Part shown: positions 1 to 12,600 of the stretch, one piece after another
How positions within the stretch are numbered: position 1 is the first letter of the stretch
Layout of the letters: each line of letters starts with the position of its first letter
DNA from: Rhizophagus irregularis
Lineage: Eukaryota
NCBI RefSeq assembly: GCF_026210795.1
Contig: NC_089433.1
Location: 5,332,001 to 5,396,000, forward strand
Direction of reading: 5' to 3'
Length of the DNA: 64,000 nt
Notes under the pieces: generated by a model
The model's database searches: none
What the model saw: only the letters and a program-made list of their open reading frames with translations
Told to the model about the DNA's origin: nothing
Translations under genes and position numbers: made by a program

Positions 1-3000
1 AAGCTGATAACTAGATAACAATACGTAATTTCTAATATTTTTTTTTTTCACAGTTTAATAAATAAAGTTATTAAATCTTTGAATAAAAAGTCGATTTAAT
101 GATTTAATGATAGTTAATGTTTAGTGCTTCTTAAAAATTGTTAATTAAACAAATATATTAAGCGAAGAAAATATATTTTGAAGCGTTGAAATAATGATTG
201 GATGTTGAATGTTGGATGGTAATTTTTCTATAGTTTAAGATTTAAACTCATTAGTAAACGACAAAAAAAAAAAATAATTAACGAAATGTTTAAATTGAAA
301 CCACACCAGCAATTTCATTTCACGTGATTATCTGGCCAGATTTATTGTAATAATTGCGTTATAGAAATTTACTATACGTGAAAAAATAAAATTTCGTCGA
401 TCTTTATGTATACGAAAAAAAAAAATAAAAATTGGATATAGATTCATAAAAAAGTCTTGAACGTTTCGATCATTAATTAGAAAACCTTTGAAGTAGCTAA
501 TAAAATTCAAAAGTTCCTTTCCTAGGTAAACGATATTAATTAGGCATAAATTAAACATGTATTATTTGCTTGTTTTGTAATCAAATATTTTTATTTTTTC
601 CAGAAATGGCGGGAGATGCTCATTAAATTATTAGTGAATCAGAAATTTATTACGATAACTGTTAAAAGTATTTATGAAAGAATACTAAAATGTTACAAAA
701 TATTATCTGATATAAAAATTCTCTTTGGTTTATGAAGCTGACTTTAGGTTTGCTCAACTTTCGAGCATTGCTAAAAAAAATAATGATTGACTGAATCAGA
801 AACACACTGTTCACTATTTTCGGACTACTGATAAAATCACTACTGACTCTCGGTCATCAAAGTAATTCTAATTGGCCGCCCTTTTTAAAAAATAAATATT
901 ATCTTAAATTTTATTTTCATGTGACTTCGCCATATCGCTACTTGTTCCACCTTCATCAGAAATTTTTTAATCAAATAGGAAAAAACGCTATGTTCATAAT
1001 TTTACTGGATCAGCGAATATTTGATTTTCATTTGAGATATCACAAAAGCGTTGGATAAAATTTGTTAAAATTTTCAATTTTAGCGGTCTTTATTTATGAA
1101 AGGGTAATAAAAAAAAACAGATCAATGAGAACTATTAAAGTCAGAAATTCAGGAAAAAAAAAATCACACACCTTGGGTATATGGCCTAATATAATCTGAT
1201 TAATCTCGTCCACGTGATATTATCAAAATTAGACGTCATCACCAACAAAATTTGCTTTTCGATGGCACTATGGCATTGAATCATTTAAAATGTGGCGTTT
1301 TGTATTTCACATACCGAAAAAAATTCAAATCCCCAGAATACTTAGTAAAAATGGAGGGTGACTCGAGACGCCAAGTGGATAATATTTTACTATGATTACG
1401 TGAATGGAAAATTTTGTTGTGAAGATATAAAACTATAATAACTATTATATAGATGACACAGTATCATGTGTTTTAATTTTTACGAAATATTGGGGACGCA
1501 GCCCGTCGTACATGTCGTTTCAACCGCAATGAAAACCGCCTATTCATAAATTTTATAACAAAATGCGCAGCTTTCCAAGCCTGTTCATATATTTCTTTTT
1601 CAGTCCATGAAAGAGCGAAGTAAAGATGTCTTTCCAGAATTCTTCTTCAATATTTCTCACCGGCAATCCTTCATACACATTTTCGCAAATATTAATGAAT
1701 AAAGTAAACTATCTTTTTCTGAGCATTGAGAAGAAAAAAGATGAATGTGTTGGAACGAAATAAAAAAAATTCAAATACGAAAATTAACGTTAATATTTAC
1801 GTAAGAAAACTTCATTATAAAATAATAAACTAGACTAATATGTCGAACTACACATATTATGCTGCGTGGAATTATATATTTTTATGATAGTACTTAGTAT
1901 TGTTTTATAACCCGTATATTAACGTTAATATATTAACTGATTGTTACATAATAGATATTGCGTCAGTCATACTAAAAAGTATAACTAAACTGTAAAACTT
2001 ATTAAAGATTTACATGATTGCAAATATATTTGATATTTACTGTAGCTGATAAAAAAAAATATCAATTATTTAGCCATTAACAAAAAAATATCAGTCCGTC
2101 AAATCAGCATGACGGATAATCATTGTTCAGTCGATTCATATCATTTGAAAAGGGAGGGAAAACTTTTTCCGTTAATAAAAATATTTAATAATTGTAAATA
2201 ATAACAAAATTCGTTCGATTGTATTACATAAGAGTACTCGAAAAATTCTGGGATACAACTTCTATGGCGAAAAAACTACTTTTGCAAAATAATAATAGAA
2301 AAAATAAAAGCATATCATTGTGATTTAAAATCACTAAAAAAGGAAATACAAAAAAAAATTACAAAAGATGTTATTGTTTCATCTTTTAAAGAAGTGTGTA
2401 ATCTATTTGTTAATGGGATTATAATATTTTCATATTGTCGTACAAAAAAAAAATTATGAAAATTATCGGGATAATCACTTTAAAAGTATATGGAGTAATC
2501 AATTATGCAACAAAAAAGAAAAAAATCCTTGGCAATATTAAAAGGCAATACTGTAAAGGGAAGGTATGACATCATTTTTTTTGGCGGTCAAGTGATAAAA
2601 TTTCATTTATTTCGTTTAATAACCTAAATATGGTTTCAATCAATAACTGATCATAACATATACATACAGTACATACACATGCATATTTTTCTTCTGTACA
2701 GGAATTTAAATAATTTTGATAAAAAATTTAGTTATTTAAATTTACGAAAACTGATAAACCGTATGATTATGTATGTATTATTGGCTAATTAGATGTATCG
2801 TCTGTAATAAATGTTACATCTTATGCATCGTATATTCAGTTAAGAAATTAGAATAATAAGATCGGTTATACACGACATAAAATTTCTGGAATCCAAATTT
2901 CCGGAAAGTAAACGGTTATCGAATTCCGCTCTTCCATCTAATCTATCATTACAAATTCGTTATTACAAATGAAAATGTTTGCATTGTTTAATATTTTATG

Positions 3001-3282
3001 CATATTTTTTTTATACAAAAAAAATAACGACAATAAGTTTTAATTTTAACGAACAATAAACTTTTATTTGATTTTATCTTTTAAATATAAATCTCGAATT
3101 ATATAAATAAGCCATCTTCTCTTTCCCTCATGTACATACAAAATTATCATATTTTGCTTCATATACTTACAATCATATCATAAAATTATCATACTTTGCA
3201 TATCATACATTTATTTATTCTGCATTCTACGTCTTAAAAAATTCAATTTTTAAACAACAAAATCTTAAAATAATCACTCATC

Positions 3283-3616
3283 ATGTGGCAAAGATTTTTG
3301 GGAGCTTCTTCAGTTGTCGCAGTTGTCGCAACAAATTCTTCAAGAGCCATTCAACCACAGGATAATCATAATATTAATAATGTTAAAAAGTAAGTTATAT
3401 TTATATATAGTTCAAACCGTCGTTTTTATACAGTATGAAATTTATAATTAATAATGAATTTATTTTCTTTATAGAGTAAATTGTTATGATAATCATTATA
3501 ATAATCGTTCTCATTATCATTTTGCGTTCTCAAGATATGGTCAATCTCAACATACAAACAATACTAAATCAAAAAAAACAAAATATGGCAAACGATTTGT
3601 AAAAAACTACTTATAA
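3283..3616 (+). CDS. Putative small 2-exon protein (~82 aa, MWQRFLGASSVVAVVATNSS...KRFVKNYL), function unknown
   Basis: ATG 3283; donor GTAAGT 3390; acceptor TAG ending 3474; the spliced frame stays open to TAA 3614-3616. No recognised domain. Confidence 0.45.
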
Positions 3617-4164
3617 TTTTTTTTTTTTTTTTGATATTTTGGGACATTTTATTACGTTTTAATTTTTTATTTCTTTGACACTTCCTTTTTGTAACATAAA
3701 AAATTTCTTTCTTTTTTTTCTTTATCTTTTTTTTTTTTTTTTGGAAAAAAAAATTAGATGAAGTGTTATATTTGTAATGCAATTTAAATAAAAAAAAAAT
3801 CATTTCATATATAGTATTTTTTTTCTGTCGGTTTACCAAATTAATTTTTGTCTTTAAAAAAAAGTAAAAAAAATTCTAAGTCCAGAAAGTAAACGATAAA
3901 CTACCAATCACATTCAATGGATCGACGCTCATTACTAAAAGGTCAAACACTTTTTTTTTGAAACAGTTAATAGTAAACATAAAGCGGGAGGGAGCTCTCA
4001 TTTTTTCACTATAAAAAAATTTATTTAAAAATTAATTTATAAAAATTTTTGAATGTTTCTGAAATTTTATACGTTTTTTTTTCCTTTATTTAGTTTTGAA
4101 GAAAATTACCAAAGTAACCAACCCCAAAGTCAACGTACATACATACATTGTGTTAATAAAGTAC

Positions 4165-4269
4165 ATATCTAATACAAAATTTGAACATATAGATTTTAGT
4201 ACTATATTACACGAGATTCAAATTAGCTTAGGTCTTCTATAGTATATGTTCAAATTTTGTATTAGATAT
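4165..4269. repeat. 27-bp perfect inverted repeat around a 51-bp spacer (tiny MITE-like foldback)
   Basis: ATATCTAATACAAAATTTGAACATATA 4165-4191 and its reverse complement 4243-4269. Confidence 0.8.
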
Positions 4270-4887
4270 CACTCTCACAATCCCCTAGTCACCTGACCTA
4301 TCGCAACACGCTTTTGCTTTCATTTATAACCTCTTCATCTTTCTTTTAATACTTTACCCGTTGATACCCCATTCAATTTATTAAAAGTTATAACCTTGTC
4401 ATCCTTCGGACCCCGTAAACTTTCCTTGTATCTTGAGTTTGTTCGTATTTCGACTTGTCAGATACCTTGTTGTTTGGCTTCGTCTTGTGGATCCTCCGAG
4501 ACCTTCTTTACCTATAAGCTCATCTTGACTTTTCAATTGTAATCTTGTAATCCTTTTCCTAACTCATCTTCCATCCCTGATTTGTATATCGCGTTCATCA
4601 TATCATTTTCGTTTTTAAAGTATATTAAGATATATTTCAATTTGTTGATTCTAATCACTTTTTTGAAAAAGCCTCCGTATTTCTTGTTGTACTATCACAA
4701 TTTCACCATCCGTTATCTCATTTCCTATAGAAATTTGTTTACATGCTTGCCAACAAAATTTTTTATTTATCTCCTGTGGCGTTCGTTAACTTAGAATCAA
4801 ACATCCGGAAAAAATACTGACGACCGTTCTTGTTAATTGTGATATTGGCCCCTCCTCGCTTATAATTTCTTCATAGATTAATGTGAA

Positions 4888-7653
4888 TTTATTTATTTTA
4901 TTTATTTTATTACTAAAAGAGTGGCAGAACCCAGGCTATTACAAATAGAAGGAGAAAGATTTCGAAAAACTTAAGACTAATATATGTGCATAGACCTTTG
5001 TTCGTCATCCCCTACGGGACCTCACTCTTCGATCTGTACTATTTGATAAAGTAGGACTACGCTAATAAATCAAATGTGAACCAATCAAAAAAAAACTAAA
5101 CTAAAAAAAAAGAGAAGTTAATTGATCCATATTTTTCTTTTGGCCGAGGCCACCACCTGTAAATACTGTCATAGGCGGAATGGTTAACACTATTCTTATT
5201 GTATATACTATCATACTAAATAAAAAAGAAACATAAGAAATAGACAACGTCTATACAAAAAATTGATTCCAAAATAATGAAAAAAAAAACTATATATAGA
5301 TAAAAAAAAGGAACATTAAAAGGATGATTTGGACGATCCCGCCTGCTCAGAATCAAGAGCTAGAGGAGAATCTAGACGGGAGCGTTTATATATATCATGA
5401 GATCTGTGAATATTACTAAAGGTATGATCAGCTCGTTTTAAAGGACGAGTTTCAATTTCCTTGGTGTCATCAGACGTGTACGGTTCACTATCAAACGTTT
5501 TATATGGGTATTCGAACGGAGAACGCGTGGTATTACGCTTTAAAGATAGAGGAGCGGATACACCTGGATAGTTGATCAAAAAAGAATCCATTTCCGATTG
5601 TAAAAGTTTCTTCTTTTGTTTACTTTTCTTTTTCTGGTATTTCGAAAGGGTAGGACGTTGAGGGTTCGACATATCATAATGAAAATCATTATTCCATTGA
5701 GTTAAATCCACCGCTTGACGTTGTCGATATAACACATGGTTAGAACTAGTGCCATGATATCGGGCCAAAGTTTGAATTCGAGCGGCTTCTTCTAATTGAA
5801 GCTTCTTGATATTAAGTGAACGTTCTTCTTGATGTTGTTGATAACGAAGTTTAGTAGCCTGATTTTCGGCATAGAGTTCATCCATTCTAGCGTTAAATTT
5901 AGTGGCCTCAGCTTTTTCAAGGCGTTCATCACGGGTATTTAAATCCAATTGATACATATAAGTAAACCATTCCCTAGAACCAGGGACAATAAAAGAACCA
6001 AAATTATCATAAATAGGATCAGGCGGTATGATATCCCGATATTTAATAGAAATAAACATATCCGGAGTAGGATTATAAGGAGCGACCGTATATAATAAAT
6101 CATCATTAGAAGCCGGAATTAGAGTCGACTCTGTGACATTAGAAGTATTCCTTGTAGTCCTTAATTCCTTGGACGTGTTCGTATTGGCGCTAAAATAATG
6201 CGGAATGGTGAAGTTATAATCCTTTTGTTTGGGGATATCAGCAGTTTTCTTATAATGTAAGTGTCTGAGAGGAGCCGTAAATTTTTGAGATGGTAAAAAA
6301 AGAAATCGTCCTTTTTTAGCTGCAGCCAGTTTCGTCGATGTACTGGAAACAGCACCTGGTTTAATAACTTCTTGTGATAAAATACGACGACAAGAGCGTT
6401 CGAATCTGACTTGTTGCTTTTTAGCTGTCCTCGAATTTGGACTTGGAGTTGAACGGAAGTTATTCATAAGTTTGTGGTAAATGTGAGTACGTCCAGGGTT
6501 GATTTTACGATTCGAATTACAAACAATATATCTAAAATTATAAGAAATCCCCGTTCTTGTAGAGAAAATAGATTTTGATTCTTTTTTTATCCATCGGTCA
6601 AATGTCAATTTAGCGTGAAGCTCTTTGTTCTGAGGGTGGATCTTAGGTGTGAAATCACCATTATCATTTCGTATAAAAGTTAACCCATCTGGATATTTCT
6701 TAAAAAAGTGTAAACCGCATCCGTATCTATTATTAGACATAACTATAGGAGAAGGAACCTCACAACATCGAGGTGGAAGAGATAAGCCTTTCGACTCAAT
6801 TCTGTGGTCGCAAGAAATAAAGATACCAAAATGAAATCTGTATCTTTTATACGAAAAATTGAAAAAAGTTTTCGTTATTGTATTCTTATTGTTGATTTTG
6901 TATTCACGTGATTTGATAAACGTGATTCTATCTAATAATTTTTGGCGTAGCATATTGAAATATTTATGTTGGATACGGCGTGGAATAACTCTTTGTGAAG
7001 AAAAAAAATGCTGAAGACCTTTGCTAATTTGATATTTGGCGTTCGGTAGTGCACTTGTGGAATGATACTCAATAGGGGTAGTTGACATGAGATAATCATT
7101 TGTGTGTATCTTTAAATGAAGCTGATTGGTGTCCAAATGGTGATCAACAATCTCAAAAAAGAAACTTTTTGAACGTCTAAATTCATAGATCTTGTTATAA
7201 CCGGATTTGTATATTCGGGTCACGTGAAATTTTTTGAAGGAAATGAGAAAAGAATTATTTTCACACGAAGGTGGTGAAAGACGTAAAGGAGTGTGGACTG
7301 GTATAGTCAAGAGTGAAGTATCCTGTAGTTGTATATTTGTGCCTAAAACATTATTTTCAGCAAGTCCATCTTCAGCAATATTACTTCTGATATTGGAAAT
7401 AGCGTCCAACTGGCTATAAGATTTCAGAGACTCATATGAAACCGAGGAAAAATCTATCTCGATAAAGTTTGAAGAAGTCATATCCCTAATATATGGGTAT
7501 TAATAAGAACAAAACCTCGTATTGTGACCGAGGCGCCCTACAGGGCCTCTTAACCCTTTGGGTGTTTCAAATAGAAACTAAAAAAAACCTTGCGTTAAAT
7601 TACTGCGGAAAACTAACAAAAATAAAAAAGGGGAAAGAGTTTTTTTTCAGTTC
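4888..7653 (-). mobile_element. Retroposed (TPRT-type) insertion with 16-bp TSD and (TAAA/TAAAA)n tail, carrying one long ORF
   Basis: CATAGATTAATGTGAA at 4872-4887 and 7654-7669. The minus-strand 3' end is an ATAAAATAAAT-type tail at ~4888-4911. The 3' UTR is colinear with that of the LINE fragment at 8360-8570. Confidence 0.85.
5316..7481 (-). CDS. 721-aa intronless protein of unknown function inside the retroposed element
   Basis: Long uninterrupted ORF, less AT-rich than flanks. Basic middle part, possible Cys/His cluster (CDH...CC...CGLH), coiled-coil-like C-terminal part. No RT (YxDD) or endonuclease motif seen. Confidence 0.8.
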   Translation of the reverse strand: MTSSNFIEIDFSSVSYESLKSYSQLDAISNIRSNIAEDGLAENNVLGTNIQLQDTSLLTIPVHTPLRLSPPSCENNSFLISFKKFHVTRIYKSGYNKIYEFRRSKSFFFEIVDHHLDTNQLHLKIHTNDYLMSTTPIEYHSTSALPNAKYQISKGLQHFFSSQRVIPRRIQHKYFNMLRQKLLDRITFIKSREYKINNKNTITKTFFNFSYKRYRFHFGIFISCDHRIESKGLSLPPRCCEVPSPIVMSNNRYGCGLHFFKKYPDGLTFIRNDNGDFTPKIHPQNKELHAKLTFDRWIKKESKSIFSTRTGISYNFRYIVCNSNRKINPGRTHIYHKLMNNFRSTPSPNSRTAKKQQVRFERSCRRILSQEVIKPGAVSSTSTKLAAAKKGRFLFLPSQKFTAPLRHLHYKKTADIPKQKDYNFTIPHYFSANTNTSKELRTTRNTSNVTESTLIPASNDDLLYTVAPYNPTPDMFISIKYRDIIPPDPIYDNFGSFIVPGSREWFTYMYQLDLNTRDERLEKAEATKFNARMDELYAENQATKLRYQQHQEERSLNIKKLQLEEAARIQTLARYHGTSSNHVLYRQRQAVDLTQWNNDFHYDMSNPQRPTLSKYQKKKSKQKKKLLQSEMDSFLINYPGVSAPLSLKRNTTRSPFEYPYKTFDSEPYTSDDTKEIETRPLKRADHTFSNIHRSHDIYKRSRLDSPLALDSEQAGSSKSSF

Positions 7654-7889
7654 CATAGATTAATGTGAAGCGAAGTTTAGCCTATATTTATTGATGCTCA
7701 TTTTCTCCACGTGACCTATACTTCTCAAAATTTTCTTCATCCAAGGAAAATCGTAAAATGCACCATCACGTGATCTTTCAGCATAACTAATTTCCGGCAA
7801 TTTCATTGTTTCCTGGACTCGAAAACCGATGTCAGAAATTTTATTAACAAACATTTATTAACATTTATAAAATTTTTTTGTTAATTTTT

Positions 7890-8570
7890 TTTACTCATTT
7901 ATATTCCTAATGAACTTTTGGCACCTTTTCAAGCGGCTATTAAATCAAAGAAGCGCATTAAACGTTTGTTATTATCATTCGTTCATTATTTACATGTTGA
8001 AATTTACAACATCATTTGGAAAACACGCAGCTCAAAATTCAAAGAATGGAAATCCTCCAACAATATATCTAAAAAGACCTTCCAAAACTACCAACGTAGG
8101 CAAACACATAATTCGCTACCCTTGAGGGATCATTCACGACGACAACTTACACAATCGTCTTGGCAGTATCGATGTCCGTATAGCGATGATAGACGCATCC
8201 TTGACATTACCGTCGTGTGGATTTATTTTACTTCTTCGAATTTCTTTCACAATTTACCGAGGTATCATTAGCTAGACTTTTCTGTTTTTATAGATATTTC
8301 TTCTTTAATTAATTCTTCTCGGTATGCTTTCCTCTATTTTTACTTTAGCTTCTAATTCCTTTGTTCGTTCACTGCTATGGCGACTATGTCTCCATTAGTC
8401 AGTTCGTTCTAACGAAGAGTGGGTCCGCCTGTTGGATTTTGTACGTCTAGTTTAGCTGTGTACTTATATTGTGTCTTGTAGTCATAACGAGTCTGTAACT
8501 AAACGATGTATTCACCTCTTATAAGTAAAAAATAAAAAATAAAAAATAAAAAATAAAAAATAAAAAAAAA
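7890..8570 (+). mobile_element. 5'-truncated LINE: ORF2 C-terminus, 3' UTR and (TAAAAAA)n tail
   Basis: IPNELLAPF...IYNIIWKTRSSKFKEWK resembles the IWxxR C-terminal region of non-LTR ORF2; stop at 8271; tail repeats 8526-8570. No TSD found. Confidence 0.7.
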
Positions 8571-9000
8571 GTTACGTTAACCATTTTGATTATCCTGTGT
8601 ATCCGAATTTTTCCGATTTTTACACCTTTTACTTGAAAAATTTTTTTCTTACCTGAGCTATCTTTAACTTTCTTGTTAGATAAACTCGTGTCTATTTTCT
8701 TCTTCTTTGAATTTTCCGGTCCGGTAATAATTTTAATTTCTTCCTCTTTCTCTAAATTTATTCGTTCTTTGACTGTTACATCATCAATGTTCCTATTTTC
8801 CAATTTTGTAATTTCCGCTTCCATAACCTTTTTACTTTCTACTAATTTTGTCATTTGTACTACTTGATGCATTAAAAATTCATCTTTCTCTTGCACTCTT
8901 TTCAATACTATTATTTTTATTCCTTGTCGGTTACCTCAGTTTTCAATTTTCTTCCAGCTCACGTGATTTTATATCATTGCTGCGCTCGCTTTGGGTAGAC
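8571..9000 (-). pseudogene. Lys/Glu-rich ORF fragment, possibly the 5' end (ORF1) of another non-LTR element, cut by the LINE tail
   Basis: ORF 8519-8905 runs directly into the neighbouring tail. Composition only, no motif. Confidence 0.3.
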
Positions 9001-9614
9001 GAAGAATACATTCAAAATTTTATTTATATTATATGGTTTGAAATTATTGAATAGTACGCAACACACAAAGATCAGCAATCATATGATAATACATTACCAA
9101 TCAAAATGTATAATTTATATATATATATATAAGAATCGAACACATTAAAAAGAATTTGAATAATTTATAAAATAATAAATAAAGTAAAAAAAGAATTAAT
9201 TGGTTACCCTTAACTTTATTTATGATTGTTTGTAAATAATATTTGCGAAAATATAAAATCTATATATAAAATGGATTTAATAATTTTTCGCATATGCTAT
9301 TCGTTCAAAAGATTTATTACCCGTAAATTTGTACAATGCAAATTTTTTTTTTTTTTTAGAAAGTTCTATTTTAAACTTTAATTATTTATAAAACTTCGTG
9401 TGTAATAATAAATAATATGCATGTTTAATTGCAACGTTATTTAATTTGTTGATTAACGTACACCCGAAAGATTCCGTAATCCGAAAAAAATTTTGTTACA
9501 CAATGCAACGTTATATAATTTGTTAATTAATGCACATCCAAAAAATTCCGTATACTTACTTTTTTGTCGTATTCTTTAGTATCTATTAATCTGAATTCAT
9601 TTGTAATTTAAAAA

Positions 9615-12600
9615 ATGAATTTTTTTATCAAGAAGTTATTTAAGTCATTACATATTAAGAAATGTAAAATATGTGAAATATGTGAATATGCATGTCATGC
9701 AATGTATTTTCAGCGAAATTTCAAAAATTGGACTAGTGGTAATAGTGATATTGATAAATTTATTCAAAATAATCAGCTATCAGTTCACAAAGATAATGAA
9801 ATATCACATGTGTTAGAATGGATATCTTATGATAGATTGTATAATATTAAATATATTGCAAAAGATGAATTTGGCGAAATATATCGAGCAAATTGGATTG
9901 ATGGAAATATAAAAAGTTATGTGAGTGTTACATATCAAAATTGTGTTACATATCAAAATTGGGAAAGACATAATAAACATATGGTTGTAGTTCTAAAAAG
10001 TTTAAATAATTTAAAAAATATTACAACTGAAATTGAAAATGAGGTATAATGAATTTATTAATAAAATTTTGAAGTTTTTAATTTTTACTAATATATTTAC
10101 ATTTGTAGATCTATAAACCTTATGGCATAACTCAGAATCCAGCAACAAAAAATTATATCATGGTTTTGAATTATAATAAATGTAAAAAGTGTGATACTAT
10201 ATGTAATGCAATACTCTTTAAACATAAATTCATAGATTGGACTAGTGGTAGTAATGATATTGATAAATTTATTCAAAATATCCAGCTATCAGTTCACAAT
10301 TATTATGAAATGTCACATGTATTAGAATGGATACCTTATGATAGATTGTATGATATTAAATATATTTCAAAAGATGAATTTGGCAAAATATATCAAGCAA
10401 ATTGGATTGATGGATATATAGTTATTAGGGATTATAAAACACAAAATTTGATAAGATATAATCGAAATATGTTTGTAGTTCTAAAAAGATTGAATAATTT
10501 AAAGAATATTACAACTGAAATTAAAAGTGAGGTATAATGAATTTATTAATAAAATTCTGAAGTTTTTAATTTTTACTAATATATTCATGTTTGTAGAATT
10601 ACTATAAACCTTATGGCATAACTCAGGATCCAGAAACAAAAAATTATATCATGGTTTTGAATAATATTAAATGTAAAAAGTGTAATAGAATATGTAATGC
10701 AATACACTTTCAACATAAATTCATAGATTGGACTAGTGGTAATAATGATATTGATAAATTTATTCAAGATACTCAGCTATCAGAACATACTTTTTATTGG
10801 GTAACAAATGCATTGGAATGGATACCTTATGATAAAATGTATAATATTAAATATATTTCAAAAGATGAATTTGGCGAAATATATAGAGCAAATTGGATTG
10901 ATGGATATATATACAATTGGAATAATACAAATAAAAATTGGATGAGAAAATATCAAAATATGTTTGTAGTTCTAAAAAGATTAAATAATTTAAAGAATAT
11001 TACAACTGAAATTGAAAATAAGGTATGATGAATTTATTAATAAAATTTAAAGTTTTTAATTTTTACTAATATATTTATGTTTATAATAGTATTACTGTAA
11101 ACCTTATGGCATAACTCAAGATCCAGAAACAAAAAATTATATCATAGTTTTGAAAAATATTAAATGTAAAAAGTGTAATGGTATATGTAAAGCAATACAC
11201 TTTCAACATAAATTCATAGATTGGACTAGTGGTAATAATGATATTGATAAATTTATTCAAGATACTCAGCTATCAGTTCATAATAATATAAATATTAAAG
11301 TATCACAAGCATTAGAATGGATACCTTATGATAGATTTTATGATATTAAATATATTTCAAAAGATAAATTTGGCGAAATATATAGAGCAAATTGGATTGA
11401 TGGAGAAATAGAGTATTGGGATAATGGAAATTGGAAAAGATATAATCAAAATATGTTTGTAGTTCTAAAAAGTTTAAATAATTTAAAGAATATTACAAAT
11501 GAAATTGAAAATGAGGTATAATGAATTTATTAATAAAATTTTGAAGTTTCTAATTTTTACTAATATATTTACATTTGTAGGTCTATAAACCTTATGGCAT
11601 ATCTCAGGATCCAAAAACAAAAAATTATATTTTGGTTTTGAATTATAAATGTAAAAAGTGTAATAGAATATGTAATGCAATACACTTTCAACATAAATTC
11701 ATAGATTGGACTAGTGGTAATAATGATATTGATAAATTTATTCAAGATACCCAGCTATCAGAACATACTGATTTGGTAAACAATGCATTAGAATGGATAC
11801 CTTATGATAGATTGATTTATATTACAAAAGATGAATTTGGCAAAATATATCAAGCAAATTGGATTGATGGAGAAATAGAGTATTGGGATAATGGAAATTG
11901 GAAAAGAAATAATCTAAATATTTTTGTAGTTTTAAGAAGTTTAAATAATTTAAAGAATATTACAACTGAAATTGAAAATGAGGTATGATGAATTTATTTA
12001 ATAAAATTTGAAGTTTTTAATTTTTACTAATATATTGTACATTTGTAGGTCTATAAACCTTGTGGCATAACTCAAGATCCAGAAACAAAAAATTATATCA
12101 TGGTTTTGAATTATGAATGTAACGAATGTGATGATATATGTAATGCAATACACTTTCAACATAAATTCATAGATTGGACTAGTGGTAATAATGATATTGA
12201 TAAATTTATTCAAGATACCCAGCTATCAGAACATACTGATTTGGTAAACAATGCATTAGAATGGATACCTTATGATAGATTGTATAATATTGTAAAAGAT
12301 GAATTTGGCAAAATATATCAAGCAAATTGGATTGATGGAGAAATAGAGTATTGGGATAATGGAAATTGGAAAAGATATAATCTAAATATTTTTGTAGGTT
12401 TAAGAAGTTTAAATAATTTAAAGAATATTACAATTGAAATTGAAAATGAGGTATGATGAATTTATTTAATAAAATTTGAAGTTTTTAATTTTCACAAATA
12501 TATTTACATTTGTAGGTCAATAAACCTTGTGGCATAACTCAAGATCCAGAAACAAAAAATTATATCATGGTTTTGAATTACTATAAATGTAAAAAATGTA

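Noticed and set aside
1560..1740. Short coding-like stretch on the minus strand
   Set aside because: Too short, with no motif and no clear gene structure.
3930..4000. Twister-like AAAGCGGGAGGG segment
   Set aside because: No supporting P4 loop or pairing stems.
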